From Entomortierella parvispora E1425 (lineage: Eukaryota; Fungi; Mortierellomycota), in NCBI GenBank assembly GCA_020891255.1, contig BQFW01000008.1:1736001-1800000 (forward strand): DNA of 64,000 nucleotides, given 5' to 3'. Below the pieces are notes generated by a model. The model did not search any database. It saw only the letters and a program-made list of their open reading frames with translations, and was not told the origin of the DNA. Positions 1 through 13,286 of this stretch are shown here, piece by piece. Numbering within the stretch: position 1 is the stretch's first letter; each line of letters opens with the position of its first letter. The translations under genes were made by a program, and so were the position numbers.

Positions 1-331
1 CATACTCTCTAGATGTTTACGCATACATTCGATATCATTTCCTCTAGATCTCCAAGAGTCCGTTGGGGGCCCATCCAAACTGGTCATTGACAGTCGCCTC
101 TATGCCTGGGCTGTCGGGCGTGAATTTTCGATCTAACTCCTGCGTGTTCTCAGGCACCTGCCCATGTCCACCTGCCCATGTCCGCCTGCCCATGCCTTGT
201 ATATCGCCTCGATTTTTTTGCGGCATTAAAATTAAAATGGAAACAATGCGTTTAATGTTGGAGGTTCTATTATACATTTGTATGGAAGGAATATATGAGG
301 AGAGAGAGAGAGAAGAGGAAGCAACACTTCC

Positions 332-985
332 TTATGCAGTGGTGGTAGTGGTGGCAGTAGAGTTCTCGGAAATATCCATCATGGCCTCCTTTGCCTTCTT
401 GGACTTGGTGTCAGCCCTCTGAAGTCCTGCTGCTGCGTCCGCCTCCGCCTGAGTATAAGGCTCCTCCTTCAACAGCTTTACTCTATTTCGACAAAAACAA
501 TTTGGGATTTGAAAATGTTAGAGACCATGATACATCAGTCGGTCCATGCTGTAGCTTCTGTGCTCTTTCTTTTCCTACCTCTTCTTGTGGATCTTTCCTT
601 TCTGATGTTCCTCGAGCGACACCTTGTTGATGTGGTGCTTACTATGTGGTAGGAGAGGAGAGAGGGAAAGGAGAGAGAAAGAGGGGGAGAAGAGTAGAGT
701 TAATCCTTTGCTCGCCCGTTTCAATTATCCGCTCGATGCTAAAAGTTGAATCCAGCCAAGAGTGGATCAGCTCCATAAAACGACAACATACGCGCAAGGG
801 ATGCAGTAGAACTGGCCAAGACCGGGCAACTCTGGGTCCAACTCAGGCTTCTCGAACTTTGCAGCGTTTTCAGGCTGGATATCACCATGGATCTGGTCGA
901 GATCACGCATATAGCGCTTTGTGCGGTATTTGCGCTGAATATCGCGGATTCCCTTGTGCACTCTTGAGCGGCGAAGACGTCCCAT
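332..985 (-). CDS. BUD20: Bud20/ZNF593 C2H2 zinc-finger ribosome (60S) biogenesis factor, 3 exons
   Basis: Spliced translation [33 protein letters not shown]...[12 protein letters not shown]|[21 protein letters not shown]|[19 protein letters not shown]; GT-AG introns; stop TAA at 332-334. Confidence 0.92.
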
Positions 986-1306
986 GATGGTAATGTGTTG
1001 ATGGTGATGGAGTAATGAGGGTATCAAACAAGAAAGGAGACCGAGGTTCGAAGGGTCGTTTGCTGCCTGCCTGTTTTTTTTTTTTTCTTTTTTTTGAGTG
1101 ACTGCTCTTACTGGTCCATGTTGTTGAAGTTCAAATTGAGTGCAAGGCGAAAGCCTGTTTTTGCAACTGTCACCGATTTCTACCTGATCGCACACGTTAT
1201 ATCCGCTCCCACATTTCGGAGCATGATGACCCCTCTGGCGGCATTTCGAAAAAGAGACTTGATCCGATCATCTCTCTTCAAACATCTCCATCTATACACA
1301 TTTACA

Positions 1307-1950
1307 ATGGCCGGCTTCCACCCCCATATGCCCGCTACCCGCTACTCGGCTGTTGCCAAGGTCCTCGGAGCCTCCATGTGGTTCTGGGTCATGTACAAGG
1401 CCAAGGAGGAGGGTCCCGTCGTTCTCGTACGTGCCTCTCGACACTCTAAACTTTTCCCTCTCATCATGGACCATTCAGGACTTCCCAACCCTCAGGACCA
1501 AAATAAGCGGGAACAGGGATGGATCCAAAATGGTGGTCAATGCAGGATATCGTATTCTGAGGGTTATGTCGCCTCCAACTCGCAGCTCGACACCTCTAGG
1601 CGCCGTACGACCAGCAGCCAGATTGACGCTATTCATAGAGATACAAAGATGCCGGAACGGAGAGGCGCGTTCACACCATTAGAGCAGCAATTGGAGACAC
1701 AGGAAACATTTCTCAGAAGAAAAACGACATCTTGTCTGCAGAGGACAGTCAATTGATACATAAAGGACCCTCGGAGGATATGTCCGGATAGTCGTGCATG
1801 GACGCGTCTATATGGCACCCTGATATTAACCAAAAGTTCTCAATTACTTACTTTTTATAATCCCTGTTCCTCTAGGGTCTCCGTCATCCTTGGGATGGCC
1901 ACGGTCACGGTCACGGACACGGACACAGCGCAGAGGGAGAGCACCATTAA
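1307..1950 (+). CDS. NDUFB2: Complex I accessory subunit NDUFB2/AGGG-like, 2 exons (intron 1427-1875)
   Basis: MAGFHPHMP...LGASMWFWVMYKAKEEGPVVL|GLRHPWDGHGHGHGH matches the remembered family motif MWFWxxYRAKQDGPVxxGWRHPW plus a His/Gly tail. Confidence 0.85.
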
Positions 1951-2184
1951 ATTTTGCCTCAGCACTCACCCGGACCAGAATCACTCAACACCTAGACCTT
2001 CACCCTCCTCTCTCTCAACACTGAAATACCGATACACCCAAGCAGGAGACAGTTCATACGATTCGTCGGGAAGTCTGCCTCCTCTAAGGATTGTACTTGT
2101 AAAAGAATAAACGTCAAACGAAATACAGTATACATCTTCAAAAATCCAGGAGCTACTTGAGCCTGCTGTACATTACAAATTTAT

Positions 2185-5100
2185 TCAAAGATCACTGTCA
2201 TCGCTGTCCTCGGTATCCAGAGATCCGACGGCTACATCCTCATCTTCATCATCGTCGTCCTCTTCAACGTGTGGATGGCTGTAGTTATGGCCATGGCTGA
2301 AGCTCTGACTGCGATTCTCGTTCTCCTCTTCATCATCTTCCTCGTCATCATCATCCTCATACTGGTCCTTCTTCTGACGCTTGTGGTCGCGTCTGCTAGA
2401 GGCAGATCGAGAGCCGACACTGCTGCTTCGACTGTGCTGGCGAGCATGCGAGGCAGATCTGCCATGGGATCGCCGATGTTCTAGTGACATGACATCCTCG
2501 TCAGATCCAGGGGCAGTGCGCTTTAAATGGCCCTCTGCATTATGAGATTGATTTTCGAACGCAAGTTCTCCTCCGGGGCAAAGCTTGTCGAATACCTCAT
2601 CAAAGGCCTCCTAAAAAAATTATGAAGCAAAACGTAGCGAGCCATGTTAGTTACATTTTGTGCGTGAGGATTGGGCTTTTCACAATGACCATATGAAATT
2701 TACCTCCAAGCGCTCAGCATCAACATAGACCCAGCTGCCTTCAAGGTTGAACTGGCGAGCATTACCGAACATCTGGTGAAAGTCTTCACGGAACTGAGAA
2801 GCAATCTTGTAGAAGGAGGACCGCATTCGCTTCTTGATCATGTCCATCGCAATGGGTCGCGCAATGATTTGGTAATAGGCAGGGTACTCCTTCTTGCTAG
2901 GAAGGTGCAAAAACAACTCGCATCGGCGACGCGAGATTCCTTCTTCTACCACAGTACAAGACTCAACAGCCTTGTAACATTGCTCAAAGACATTGTTGAG
3001 GGCCTTGCGTTCCTCATCCTGCGCAGAATCGTCTGCATCCGACCTTTTGGTCTTTCGACTGCGACTGGCAGCTACCTTGGTGGTGGCCTTCTTCACCTTC
3101 CGGCCAGCAGAGGAAGAGTCCAGAACTTCAGAGTCCTCATCAAGATCCTGAAGGAATTTCTTGCCGCGTCCGCGACCCTTCTTGGACGGAGTCGCCTGTT
3201 CTTCTACGGGTTCGTCTTCATACCCCTCTGTTTCCTTCAGTACCTTCTTTTCTTCTCTCTTGCGACGGCGTTCGGCCTTGGCTGCAATGATCTCGTTCAC
3301 GTCCTTAGTTTCATCTTCCATTGCATCCACCCACTGCTCATCTGTCAAGCCATCGTCATAGCGAGTCTCTGCTCTAACTCTCTGTCCCCGTCCCAGATCT
3401 TCCTCCACCTCTTCGATAATGTGGGCATCGTCGCTTTGGCTGTAAACCTCTGGAAGTTCTGATTCTTGGATCATTCGCTCACGTCTGGGTAGGATCGATC
3501 CAGCAGCTCGCCATTCTTCGTCCTCCCGTTGTTTTCTTTCCTCGTCGAGTTTCTTGAAGATCTTCATCTCCTCCTCGCTTCGAGCGACAATCTCATTGAG
3601 CTCATCATCGCCCATATCTTCCTCTTCCTCGACATCATCTTCTTCCTTGTTGTTGTCATTCTCGAGTAAAGATCTCAAGAATGATTCTTGCTCCTCGGCG
3701 GTACTTTTGTTGTCGAATTTACCAGCCTGGATGACCTTGCCGTCGATCTCCAGCTTGTACTGGGCGCGCGCAAGAATGTGCTCCTCTACAGATTTCTCAG
3801 TTACCAAACGGAAGATTCGGACTTCCTTAGTCTGACCGATACGATGGGCACGATCCTGAGCTTGCAAATCCTGATGAGGGTTCCAATCCGAGTCGAAAAT
3901 AATGACGGTATCGGCAGTCTGCAAGTTCAGACCCAAGCCTCCTGCACGAGTACTCAGCAAGAATACAAAATAGGGAGAGTCCGGTGCATTGAATTGTTTC
4001 AACAAGGCAGAGCGATCGTCAGACTAGTGACCATGGTAATGTAAAAAGAACGTTAGATCAGGTGAAATCAATAGCATTACAATATGGGCGAAATAGGTCG
4101 CTTCTTACCTTTGTTGAACCATCCAGACGCATGTATTGGTAGTGGCGATAGTGTAGATAGTCCTCCATAATGTTCATGATGGCTGTCATCTGGAAAAAGA
4201 TCAAGACTCTGTGACCAGTTTTGAAGAGCTTGGGCAGCATGCGATCCAACAGCTCAAATTTGCCTGCCACTCTCCATAATCCATCGCCGTTTGTCTTCAT
4301 CGGGTTGATAACACGCTCCACCTCCTCGAAAACGTACGGATGGTTGCAAATCTTTCGGAGTTGCATGATGGTGTTGTTGAGTCCCTTGATTCCAGTACGT
4401 CTGTGAAAGATTTAAGTGTGGGAGTGGTTAGGTATTTTTCTAACAGTTGAAATAACATTCGGCTCAAGTGACATACCCTTTCTCGCCGGCCTGAGTGAAT
4501 AACATGCCGTGCTTCTTCATCTGGTTATACAGCTTGGACTGCAATGCCGTGAGTTTACAGCGGATGACACGCTCCACTTTGTCTGGCAACTCTGATTCTA
4601 CATCTTTCTTCAAACGACGCAACAGGAAAGGTCTGAGAACCTTGTGCAGACGTTTGATAATAAGTAGCGCCTCTTCTTCGTTCAGCTCGATTTTGTCCTG
4701 CCCTCCAGTATTCGCAAAAGGGGTGTTGAACCATTCGTCGAAAGACTGAGCCGAATTGAACACGCGAGGTAAAACCATGTTCAATAGCGCCCAAAGCTCT
4801 GGCAGGTTGTTTTGCAAGGGGGTACCGGTCAGAATAAGACGGTATCTTGACGAGTAGTGCTGCGTCAGAGTCACGAAAAGTTTTGAATTGGCGTTCTTCA
4901 GGCGATGGCCTTCGTCAATGATCATATACACCCATTTGATCTTGCTGAGAATCGGCCTGTCCTTAATGACGTATTCATATGTTGTCAAAAGCACTTGGAA
5001 GTTGCGATGGCGGATTTCGGTCTGCTGAATATGCTTTCGTTGCGAAGGCACTCCCTTGTAGACGACCTTTGTCACCTGTGGCGCCCATTTTTCGAATTCC

Positions 5101-7299
5101 AAGGTCCAGTTGGTCAAAGTTCTAATAAATACACCGGTTAGCTTTGAGTACAGAAGATATCAGTCACGATTACTGCCATGTACTTACGAAAGGGGCACGA
5201 GAATAAGGAATGGTCCATTTTGCTGCTTCGCCTCAATCAAGAATGTCACCAAGGAGATGGTCTGGATGGTCTTGCCCAATCCCATCTCGTCTGCAAGAAT
5301 TCCATTCAGACGATTGTTGTACAACGACGCCATCCATTGAAGACCCTTCATCTGGTACTCTTTCAGAGTTCCGCCTGATAGAATGGTTGGCTGCTTTGTG
5401 ATTTTTTCTTGAATCTTGTGCGCGATATTGTAGTAGTCGTTGCGCCTATTGTCCTCCTATAGATACACGACCTTTGTGAGCAGGAGCACATCAATAGCAC
5501 AAAAGAAAATAAAGTACCCAGAAAAAAACACTTACTCCATCGCCATAGTCGAAATCGGCTTCATCGTCCATGAGTTCAATGCCTCCACGAGTAATCGTGT
5601 CGGTATGCACTGCATCATTTTGTTGGGCTGTAACTGCCTCGGCCAGCGAGGCGAGATAAGAGTCGGTTTGCTGCAGCAGATGTGTAATACGAGTGTCCTT
5701 GGCTTGATCGATAAGCTTCATGTACGCCTCCTCGTCGTCGTTCTTCAACGCTTTAAGACGTTCCTTGGAAATACGTTCAACGCGCTTCGCCTCTTCCTTT
5801 TCAACATGCGAGTGGAATTGCAACACGAGGCGACCAAGCTTGTTTTGCCGCATCTGCTGAGCCCGATGCCACTGAATCATCTCTCGGCCGTGGTTGACAA
5901 TGCTCTGCAAGTAGTCTACATGCTTTTGCTTTTCCCGTCCTTCTCGGTCCTGCCGTTGTTGCCTCTCCAGTTTCTCTGTCATTCTAGCTTCTCGCAATGA
6001 CTGTTTCTTCATGCGGCGGTACGCAGCCCGATCAGTGGACGCAGCAAGCAAGGTTGCCTTGGACATCCCACTAACAATTTCAGCACGAAGCTAAATCAAA
6101 CAATACAACTCCTGTCAGTAGTTATTCATCATACGTTGTTGAAATAGCAGGATCTTTCATTCCAGTGAGTACCTTCTTTTGCCTCTCCAGCAGCTTCAAC
6201 GATCGCAGCTCGATCAAAGATTTGATCTGCAGTTTGGACGAGACGGGCTTGACTTCCACAATTTCCATTTCTAGGCTGTCTACTGCTGGCTCTGCTGGTT
6301 CTGCTGGCGTCGGCCCCACATTGAGACGATCCAACTCATCAATCCGATTCTGTACTCGTGACCTCAAATAGCTATCGCGTTCCATCACAAGTGCATAGGG
6401 ATCAAGGCCGACTGGTGTTGCGCTGGGGATGAGTAGACGCTGTTGCCGTGAGGCATGCGCAGTTGTAGAGATGTCCTTTTGCAGGAATGAAAACGGCTCA
6501 GAATAGGCATTAAAGTCTGCGGCTACTGGGGTGATTTTGTCGGACAAATGCTTGTGAACGATGTCTGTAATTCTGCCCGCAACCGATGCTGTTGGTTCCT
6601 GAGCATTTAGCACTTGATCTACCACCTTTGGAGAAAGGATGGCCTCCTGAAGATGGGACGGTACAGGCATGTTGGCAGATATAAGCTTGAAGGCAATAAT
6701 CTGATAACGAAGATCTGAAATCTGGTCTGGAGAAAATGGGGTTCCATGCGTGTACGGCAGAGGCGGTGCTCCTGGGGGCTGTTGCTGTTGCTGTTGTTGT
6801 AACTGAAGCTGTTGCGCTTGCTGGATTTGCTGGAACTGCTGCTGCTGCTGTTGAAGAAGTAACTGTTGTTGCTGCTGCTGGGGAGTAAGACCTATGCACG
6901 AGAAATAAAAGCACAAACGTTGAATCTGTAAGGATCTGCCCGAGTTGCCTTTTTGCATGTCTGTGTCTGGTCAAGAGTCCATGTATTACCAATCGCAGCC
7001 TGAGCGCGCTGTTGGTTCAGAGCCTGGGCAGCTTGATACGCTCGCAGGATGGCCATAAGCTGTGCATATTGATGGTTCGAGACTTCGGTATGTCCTGCAG
7101 CTTTTAATGTTTTCACAGCCTTTATTTGACAGAGAGACAGAGAGAGACAGGCCGCAAGTTAGCCGACAGTTCACAAGCAGGAGACACAAGGTCGACAATT
7201 CACTTCATTTACATTAAGAACACTTGTGATCTGTTCCTGGGTAAGGTTGGCGATGACCTCTGGACTGATTTGAGGTTGGGCGGGTTGTGGCTGCTGCAT
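2185..7299 (-). CDS. SNF2: SWI/SNF or RSC chromatin-remodelling ATPase (Snf2/Sth1/BRG1 type), multi-exon
   Basis: QLQ ([22 protein letters not shown]), HSA, ATPase motifs ([36 protein letters not shown]), HELICc ([29 protein letters not shown]), SnAC and a C-terminal bromodomain ([23 protein letters not shown]). Confidence 0.95.
6778..6880 (-). repeat. CAG/CAA trinucleotide tracts encoding poly-Gln in the SNF2 N-terminus
   Basis: (CTG/TTG)n on the + strand; translation [34 protein letters not shown]. Confidence 0.9.
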
Positions 7300-7940
7300 G
7301 GTGATGTGTAGGATCGGGGTGGTGGCACAGGGTTCGTGGCAACGGCCTTGTTGAGATAAAGTGCAAGGCCAAAATAAAAAATGCAATAAAAAAAAAAGAT
7401 AGCACAGGAGCAAGCCTTTAAGGGAAAATGCGCAGCTATATGAGAATGGATCTCTTTCCAATTAGCAGAATCCCAAGAAGAGAGAAGACAAATGAAAGAG
7501 ACGTGATCGCCCAAGGATGCGTGATGAAAGGATGGGTGGATGGATGCCAGGCGAAGGGTATTTCAAGGTGCGGTTCGGTGCAGTGTTCAGAGTTCTGGTG
7601 GCAACCAAAGTGAGAACTGGAGTGAGAGGGGAGTGGCGGTCTCTTCTGCTGCAAAGCCTCAAGCCAAAAGTCGACGTCACGGGATTGGATTGGCTGCACG
7701 TGATATAGTTCACTTTGCACAGGCAGAAGGCATTGCTTGTGGAGTTGCAATTCCAGAGGGTGACCAGACAGCTGCATGCACGCTCCCATGCCTGTCTTGC
7801 CTGCTTCACCTGTCTGACTCGACTCCTTCTCTTCTTCCTCCTCACCAAGCACTCTTCTTCGTCGTCCTTCTTTCTCCTGCATTACCTTTGTCTCTTGCTC
7901 TCCCTCTCTCTTCCATTCTCTCTGCTCTTGTTCTATATCA

Positions 7941-9725
7941 ATGGCAGCCGCTTTCAAAGTACGACTTCCCTCATGGACACATCGCGTTTCTGGTGTCTCA
8001 TGTCTCGAGGTGACTTTACTGTTACGGTCGTGTTGTAGCACGATTCTCATCGCCAGTCCATTGCCCTCCTCCTCTCCTTTAGGGTCGAGAGTCTCTGACA
8101 CAGTCGGAAACCGCACGCCTGTCGACATTTCTCACTGAGTGTTTACTTGTAGGAACCCTCAAAGTAAGGAAAAACAAGCGGGCCCAGCAGAGGCCCGCTC
8201 GCCTGCCTGCTCTTATCCCCAAAAGCCATGCAGCAACCGAGAGAACACCGACCTGTTTCCACCCAAGAGTCTTTTTTCTTTTTCGAATTTGAAAAGGGGG
8301 AAGGGCGCTGCATGCAGCTGTGTTCAAGGCAGTCGTCCACTGGGAGCCTTTTCTTGCGCGTCGTCGTACTCACGTTCCTGAATTCTTTTCACTCTTTTTT
8401 TTTTTTTTTTTTTGGTCATACATTAGGGATTCTACTACTTCGAGGTGTATCTTCGAGGAAGAGAGGAACTTCTTCTTCAGGTCTACAACGACATCAACCC
8501 CATCTCAAACGGCCTCAGCCCCAGCACACAACCAAACTCGATCACGCTCGCAAAATCAAGGTACGACACTGCACCCACACAGCAATGTGGACACACACAC
8601 ACACACACATATACACACACGCTCTTCCTCTCTCACGCCACAAACAACACTCGTCTCGTCATGTCATGCGAGAAGGATGTTGCACTAAACATTGCGATCT
8701 TGTGTCTGTTACACCTCGTAGACCAACGAACGTTCTTTCAACACGGACACTGCGATCGTAAGTGACAGTTACGGGGTTTTCCATGGATCATAAATCTGCG
8801 CCAACGGCTTTTTTTTTGATTCACAAAAAAATGGATGATTCACACCGACGCGTTTGCTCTCCGAAATGTTGGTTATTTTTATACGCATTCGCCCCTTCTA
8901 GACTGAAGTTGAGCTCATCCAAATCAGCGCCTCCTCCTTTAAGCCCGATTGACACGGAACTAGAGAAGGATGAGTCGCGGGCGACATTCTTGATTGCCGG
9001 ATACCCTCGATACAAGTGTCCCTATGTTTGGGTAAGCTGATCGCCACATTCCCAAACTGAAATAACTAGGCGTCAGTGGGCCGTCAACATTAACCCGGAG
9101 ATTACTCCTTCTCCCTCCTTTTGGACAGCTTCGCTCAAATCATAAGCGGTTGATCCAGAACACCGACGGCCAAAAGTTCGAAGCTAACGATCCCTTGAAG
9201 CTCGGTACAATCTCATCCTGGCGCACAGACGGTAAATATTGTTTGCTGCTCTTTATGGCATAGACGGGAAAGGGGGGAGATGATTTCATATTAATGCAGC
9301 CTTCATTTTTCATATTGTACTTCGCCCTGCATATAGACATTCGTCTCTGGGATATCATGGCAGAAATCATCACCCTCACTCTCTCACCCTCACCTATCAA
9401 CCCTTTCCGGATCAACCACGCCTACTTTGACAGCCTACCACTGGAGGAATGCGTTGTGGCGACTGGTGCTATGATGGATTTTTTAAGACGGGTTTACATG
9501 AAGGATACGACCTACACCGACGCGGTGTATGCTGACATCAAGCACCTGCAGAAGCTTCATTTCTTACTGTATGATGAGTTGCATTCATTCTTGACGGAGC
9601 GGAAAACTGGCCCTGCGGGAGGAGGAGGAGCAGCAGTAGGAGCAGCAGCAGGAGCAGGAGCTGGAGCAGGGGCTGAAGTCAACGGGGTCAATGGACAAGC
9701 TCTTGCAGCTGTTGCTATGCAATAA
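7941..9725 (+). CDS. Conserved uncharacterised protein of 296 aa, 7 exons (7941-7958, 8083-8163, 8427-8560, 8722-8757, 8902-9031, 9129-9231, 9337-9725)
   Basis: All six introns are GT-AG with consistent phases; the exons total 891 nt and give one open frame: MAAAFK|GRESLTQSETARLSTFLTECLLVGTLK|GFYYFEVYLRGREELLL...FLIAGYPRYKCPYVW|LRSNHKRL...|DIRLWDIMAEII... Confidence 0.8.
8591..8620 (+). repeat. (AC)n microsatellite in intron 3 of the unknown gene
   Basis: acacacacacacacacacatatacacacac. Confidence 0.9.
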
Positions 9726-9911
9726 ATACCTCTCGATCACCCAACATAAGAATCCTCACCCCCCCCCCCCCTTTGCCCTTGTACCATAGTTCCAGTAGGA
9801 ACAGCAAAAAATAAGAGAAACCATCCATAAAAGCATTGAATAGTATACAAATCCGCATTCTGCGTTATTATTAAGAGAGACTGGGGATTGGCCATGTGGT
9901 GAACAGCGATT

Positions 9912-11665
9912 CTACATTCCAGCGTCGTTATACAGCTTCCGGAGATCATCCGTTCTGCAAGGCATCAAAGTCACTGGGCAACGTCCATGGTCTTCTACTT
10001 GCTTGTAGGCGCAGGGGTAACAGTACACGTATCCTGAAGACAGGGCAGTTGGGTTGGTAATTGTCTTTGTGCAGATAGGGCATACATTAGCTGCTCTTGG
10101 TAGAGGCAAACCATCGGGGTGAGGCTAAATTTTCATGAGATTGTTAGCATGATGGTCAAAAAAATGCCAACAAATAAAACAACCAGTGGACTCGCTTTAC
10201 CTTCACTCTATCAGGTGGAGGTACTTCAGCACTATCGCCCGCCGTAGATGCCTTTCGGTAATAGTCCGATTGGTACCACCATTCCAAGAATTTGAAAAAG
10301 AAGATAGACATTGGCAACAACACCTTGAGGAAATCAAGCGATCCGGACAAGAGGGCAAGGACATTGTTTTGAATGGACTCGCGTAATGAGTTGGAGGCTC
10401 TTGGAGCGCGTTTCGCCTTCTGCAAGATTTCACGCTATTAATGATTCAAAGTGTCGTGTTAGTGCGTTGCTTTCATACGTACAGAGTAAGAGTTTGACTT
10501 TCATATCGACTTACATAGTCTGTCGCAGTCATACGCTTGACCTCAATGCCAATCAGTCGCAGCCAAGGAGAATAGAATGGGGTCTTGTTGTACAGGTATC
10601 CAATGTAATGACCCAGGATCGAGAGTTGATACAACGCGTTGACGTATGGGTACCCTTTCTTGAAGGCCTTGATCGCAAATGCTTTGGATCGGACTGCAAG
10701 TGGTTGCTAAAATCAATCCGAGTCATATGAAGTCAACGAGCGTAAGTCGACGATTCTTTTCAAAGCAGATGAAGATTGATTTCAAAGACTCCTCTTCCAC
10801 TTACACCAGTCAGGTCTTCCTCCTCCTGAGTAAACTCGTCGCCAAAGAGTCGAGCCGCCTCGCCACCAGAGACCTTTTCATAGTACTCGTCCAATTTGCA
10901 TTTGACATATGGCAAACCAATCTAGATATTCACTCTGGCTTATTAGTTTCTCGCCAATTGTTTTGGTACTGGTCCAATGCATAGATAGTTAAAAAAAGCC
11001 ACAAAGAACTCCTTACCAAGAACACCAACGATCGACGAATGTCTCTTCCACGAAGCTTGTTTGATCCAGGCATAGAAGACACGGCTGCAGCCGCTGCGGC
11101 AGTTGCCACTGATTCATCGTCAATGTTGACCTTTGTTTGCTTGACAGCACGTGGAGCTCTAACTCGCTTCAAGCCATAAAAGTTCTCTGCAAACGAAGCA
11201 CCTACCCACCCGAAAAAAAAAGATCCCACTGACATTAATCATCGACGTTTTTCAACGGAAGTTCTTTCGTACGACTTGTTATGAGATGCATCGGAGTAGA
11301 TCATACCATATTCACGAAGGTAATGGCGTTCAACTAGCAGCATCAGGAGGGCATAAAACTCGTCGTATCGGTTCACGATCCGGATCAGGTAGCGGGGGTA
11401 TCTTTGAGCGTAGACCTAGAGACAAGCAAAGCAGTCGAGAGGCTCTAAAGGTCAGTTTTCTCTCTAATGGAGTAGAGTCCCAGACTGGACAAAGTCCTTC
11501 TTCCTGTTCCAGAGGGCAGTGAAAGCGGTTGAGTGGCAAACATACAGCAATGACATAGCGCAAGGCCGGCTCGAGCATCTCTCGCATCTTGTCCTGCGCA
11601 ATGAGTTCAAACAGCGACGGTCGGTCGGCTTGCGCCCCTCCGCCCAAATTGGACATAAATTCCAT
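9912..11665 (-). CDS. PEX12: Peroxin-12, RING-finger peroxisomal import ligase subunit, multi-exon
   Basis: N-terminal [44 protein letters not shown], and C-terminal [38 protein letters not shown]. Confidence 0.93.
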
Positions 11666-11950
11666 GATGTGCTATGGCAATGGTGCAACCGGAGGCTGGG
11701 GAGTAGTGTAGAAGGGGTCCGGTGGAGCGATGAAGGAATGTGAACAAGAGACGGATGAAGAGAAGAAAGAGACACTTTGATGCATCTCTCTTCCTCGTGC
11801 GTTCGGCAGAAGCCTGCCGGCGGGCAACGAGTATACATCTGTTAAGGGGTCAACAGACCCAACCACCATTCGCACGTCTTGAATGAAAGGCGCATTTCCA
11901 GCCCTGATCATCTCTGTCTCCCTCTCCTCCCACACCAAAGCCCATTCGAC

Positions 11951-12649
11951 ATGTCCAGCAGCAACAAGGCAGCATCTAGCAGCAGCAAAGCGGCGCGTCC
12001 AAGCGACCAGGAACTCACTCAGACCTACAACAGCATGAAGTCAGAGCTCACTTCGCTGGCACAGAAGATTGGTGAACTTGAGACTGAGTCCGATGAACAC
12101 ACGTAAATACTCAAAGTGCTGTTTATATTTATCATGGCGTGCATTCATGGAGGCAGCTAGGGCTTACTATATCCCCAGCGGCCTGATAATTTCATGTTCA
12201 AAGCGTTTATGGACGGTGGACTCACTAGAAAGGAAGATGGCTGTGACCGATACCACCTTTACGTTACATTTTGTGCTGACATTTATGGTCCCCGTTTTGT
12301 TGCCCCTGTAGACTTGTTGTGGACACTCTCTCTCCTTTGGATGGTGACAGAAAGTGCTTTCGTCTCGTTGGTGGCGTTCTCGTAGAACGCACAGTCAAGG
12401 AGGTCTTGCCAGCATTGAAGACCAACCAGGAGGGCGTAAGTTTGGATCATGTCCCGATTGCACTGAACATGACATTCGGCGAGTGTGGATCAATTACAAA
12501 CTATATTCACAACAGCTCACACTTCATCTCTTGATATATTGGTTAAATAGATCAAGACTGTTACTATGCAGTTGGTTCAAAAGTACAAGAACAAGGAGGA
12601 CGAGTTTATGGCATTCCAGAAGAAGTACAACATCCAGGTCAAGCAATAA
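11951..12649 (+). CDS. GIM4: Prefoldin subunit 2, 3 exons
   Basis: LAQKIGELETESDEHT|LVVDTLSPLDGDRKCFRLVGGVLVERTVKEVLPALKTNQEG|IKTV; introns 12103-12311 and 12436-12550. Confidence 0.93.
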
Positions 12650-13286
12650 ATGCCAGAGAGCAGACAATCAAAATATCATAACTGTGAAGCCAGCTAGCCG
12701 GCCAGCCGGCCTAGCAATGCATATTTTCTTTTTGTATTCATCCATTGAAGGTCATGAAGTCCCAAAGTCCAAGTGGATGGAAGCATGAAGGTCGATTGAT
12801 CCAACAATGGTGGCAAACGGAAAATCACGTCCAAAGAATGACAACATACATACGTGAAAAAAGAAGTGCCTGGGCCACTTCCGTTGCTCTTCTCGGTGCC
12901 TGGGTTTTTACCTGATTTCTTTCATTGACACCCTTCAGCCCTTCCTTCACTCCATTCACACAGCCTCCCGGCCTCCAATCCTCCTACCAGGAACCAGGTA
13001 GGACTGCGAATTAATCCACCCGGCCCAGCATTGTCTGCATGACTTCCCGCTCTTCACATCGCAACGTTGCTTAAACTTGGGCAGCATTGCTCACTTTACC
13101 ACACTCAACCAAACTTTCCCTGCCCCCTATCCTTTGACCTTTATCTTCTTGAACTTACCGTCTTACATGTTGGATGACCTCTCTAGACCTACTCTGATCA
13201 AGTTCCATACCTGTCTTTGGATCAAATTCATTCATTCGTACGCCTGAGCCATATTTCAGCAACAACTACACAGCCGCTTAAAAAAA

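Noticed and set aside
1094-1756. 220-aa ORF spanning the NDUFB2 start
   Set aside because: It reads from upstream DNA through exon 1 into the intron; the real gene splices at 1427 to the GLRHPW exon
12103-12311. Two hairpin-like segments and an ACA triplet in prefoldin-2 intron 1, suggesting an H/ACA snoRNA
   Set aside because: There is no ANANNA box in the hinge between the hairpins and the stems are short; not supportable without an Rfam/snoReport scan
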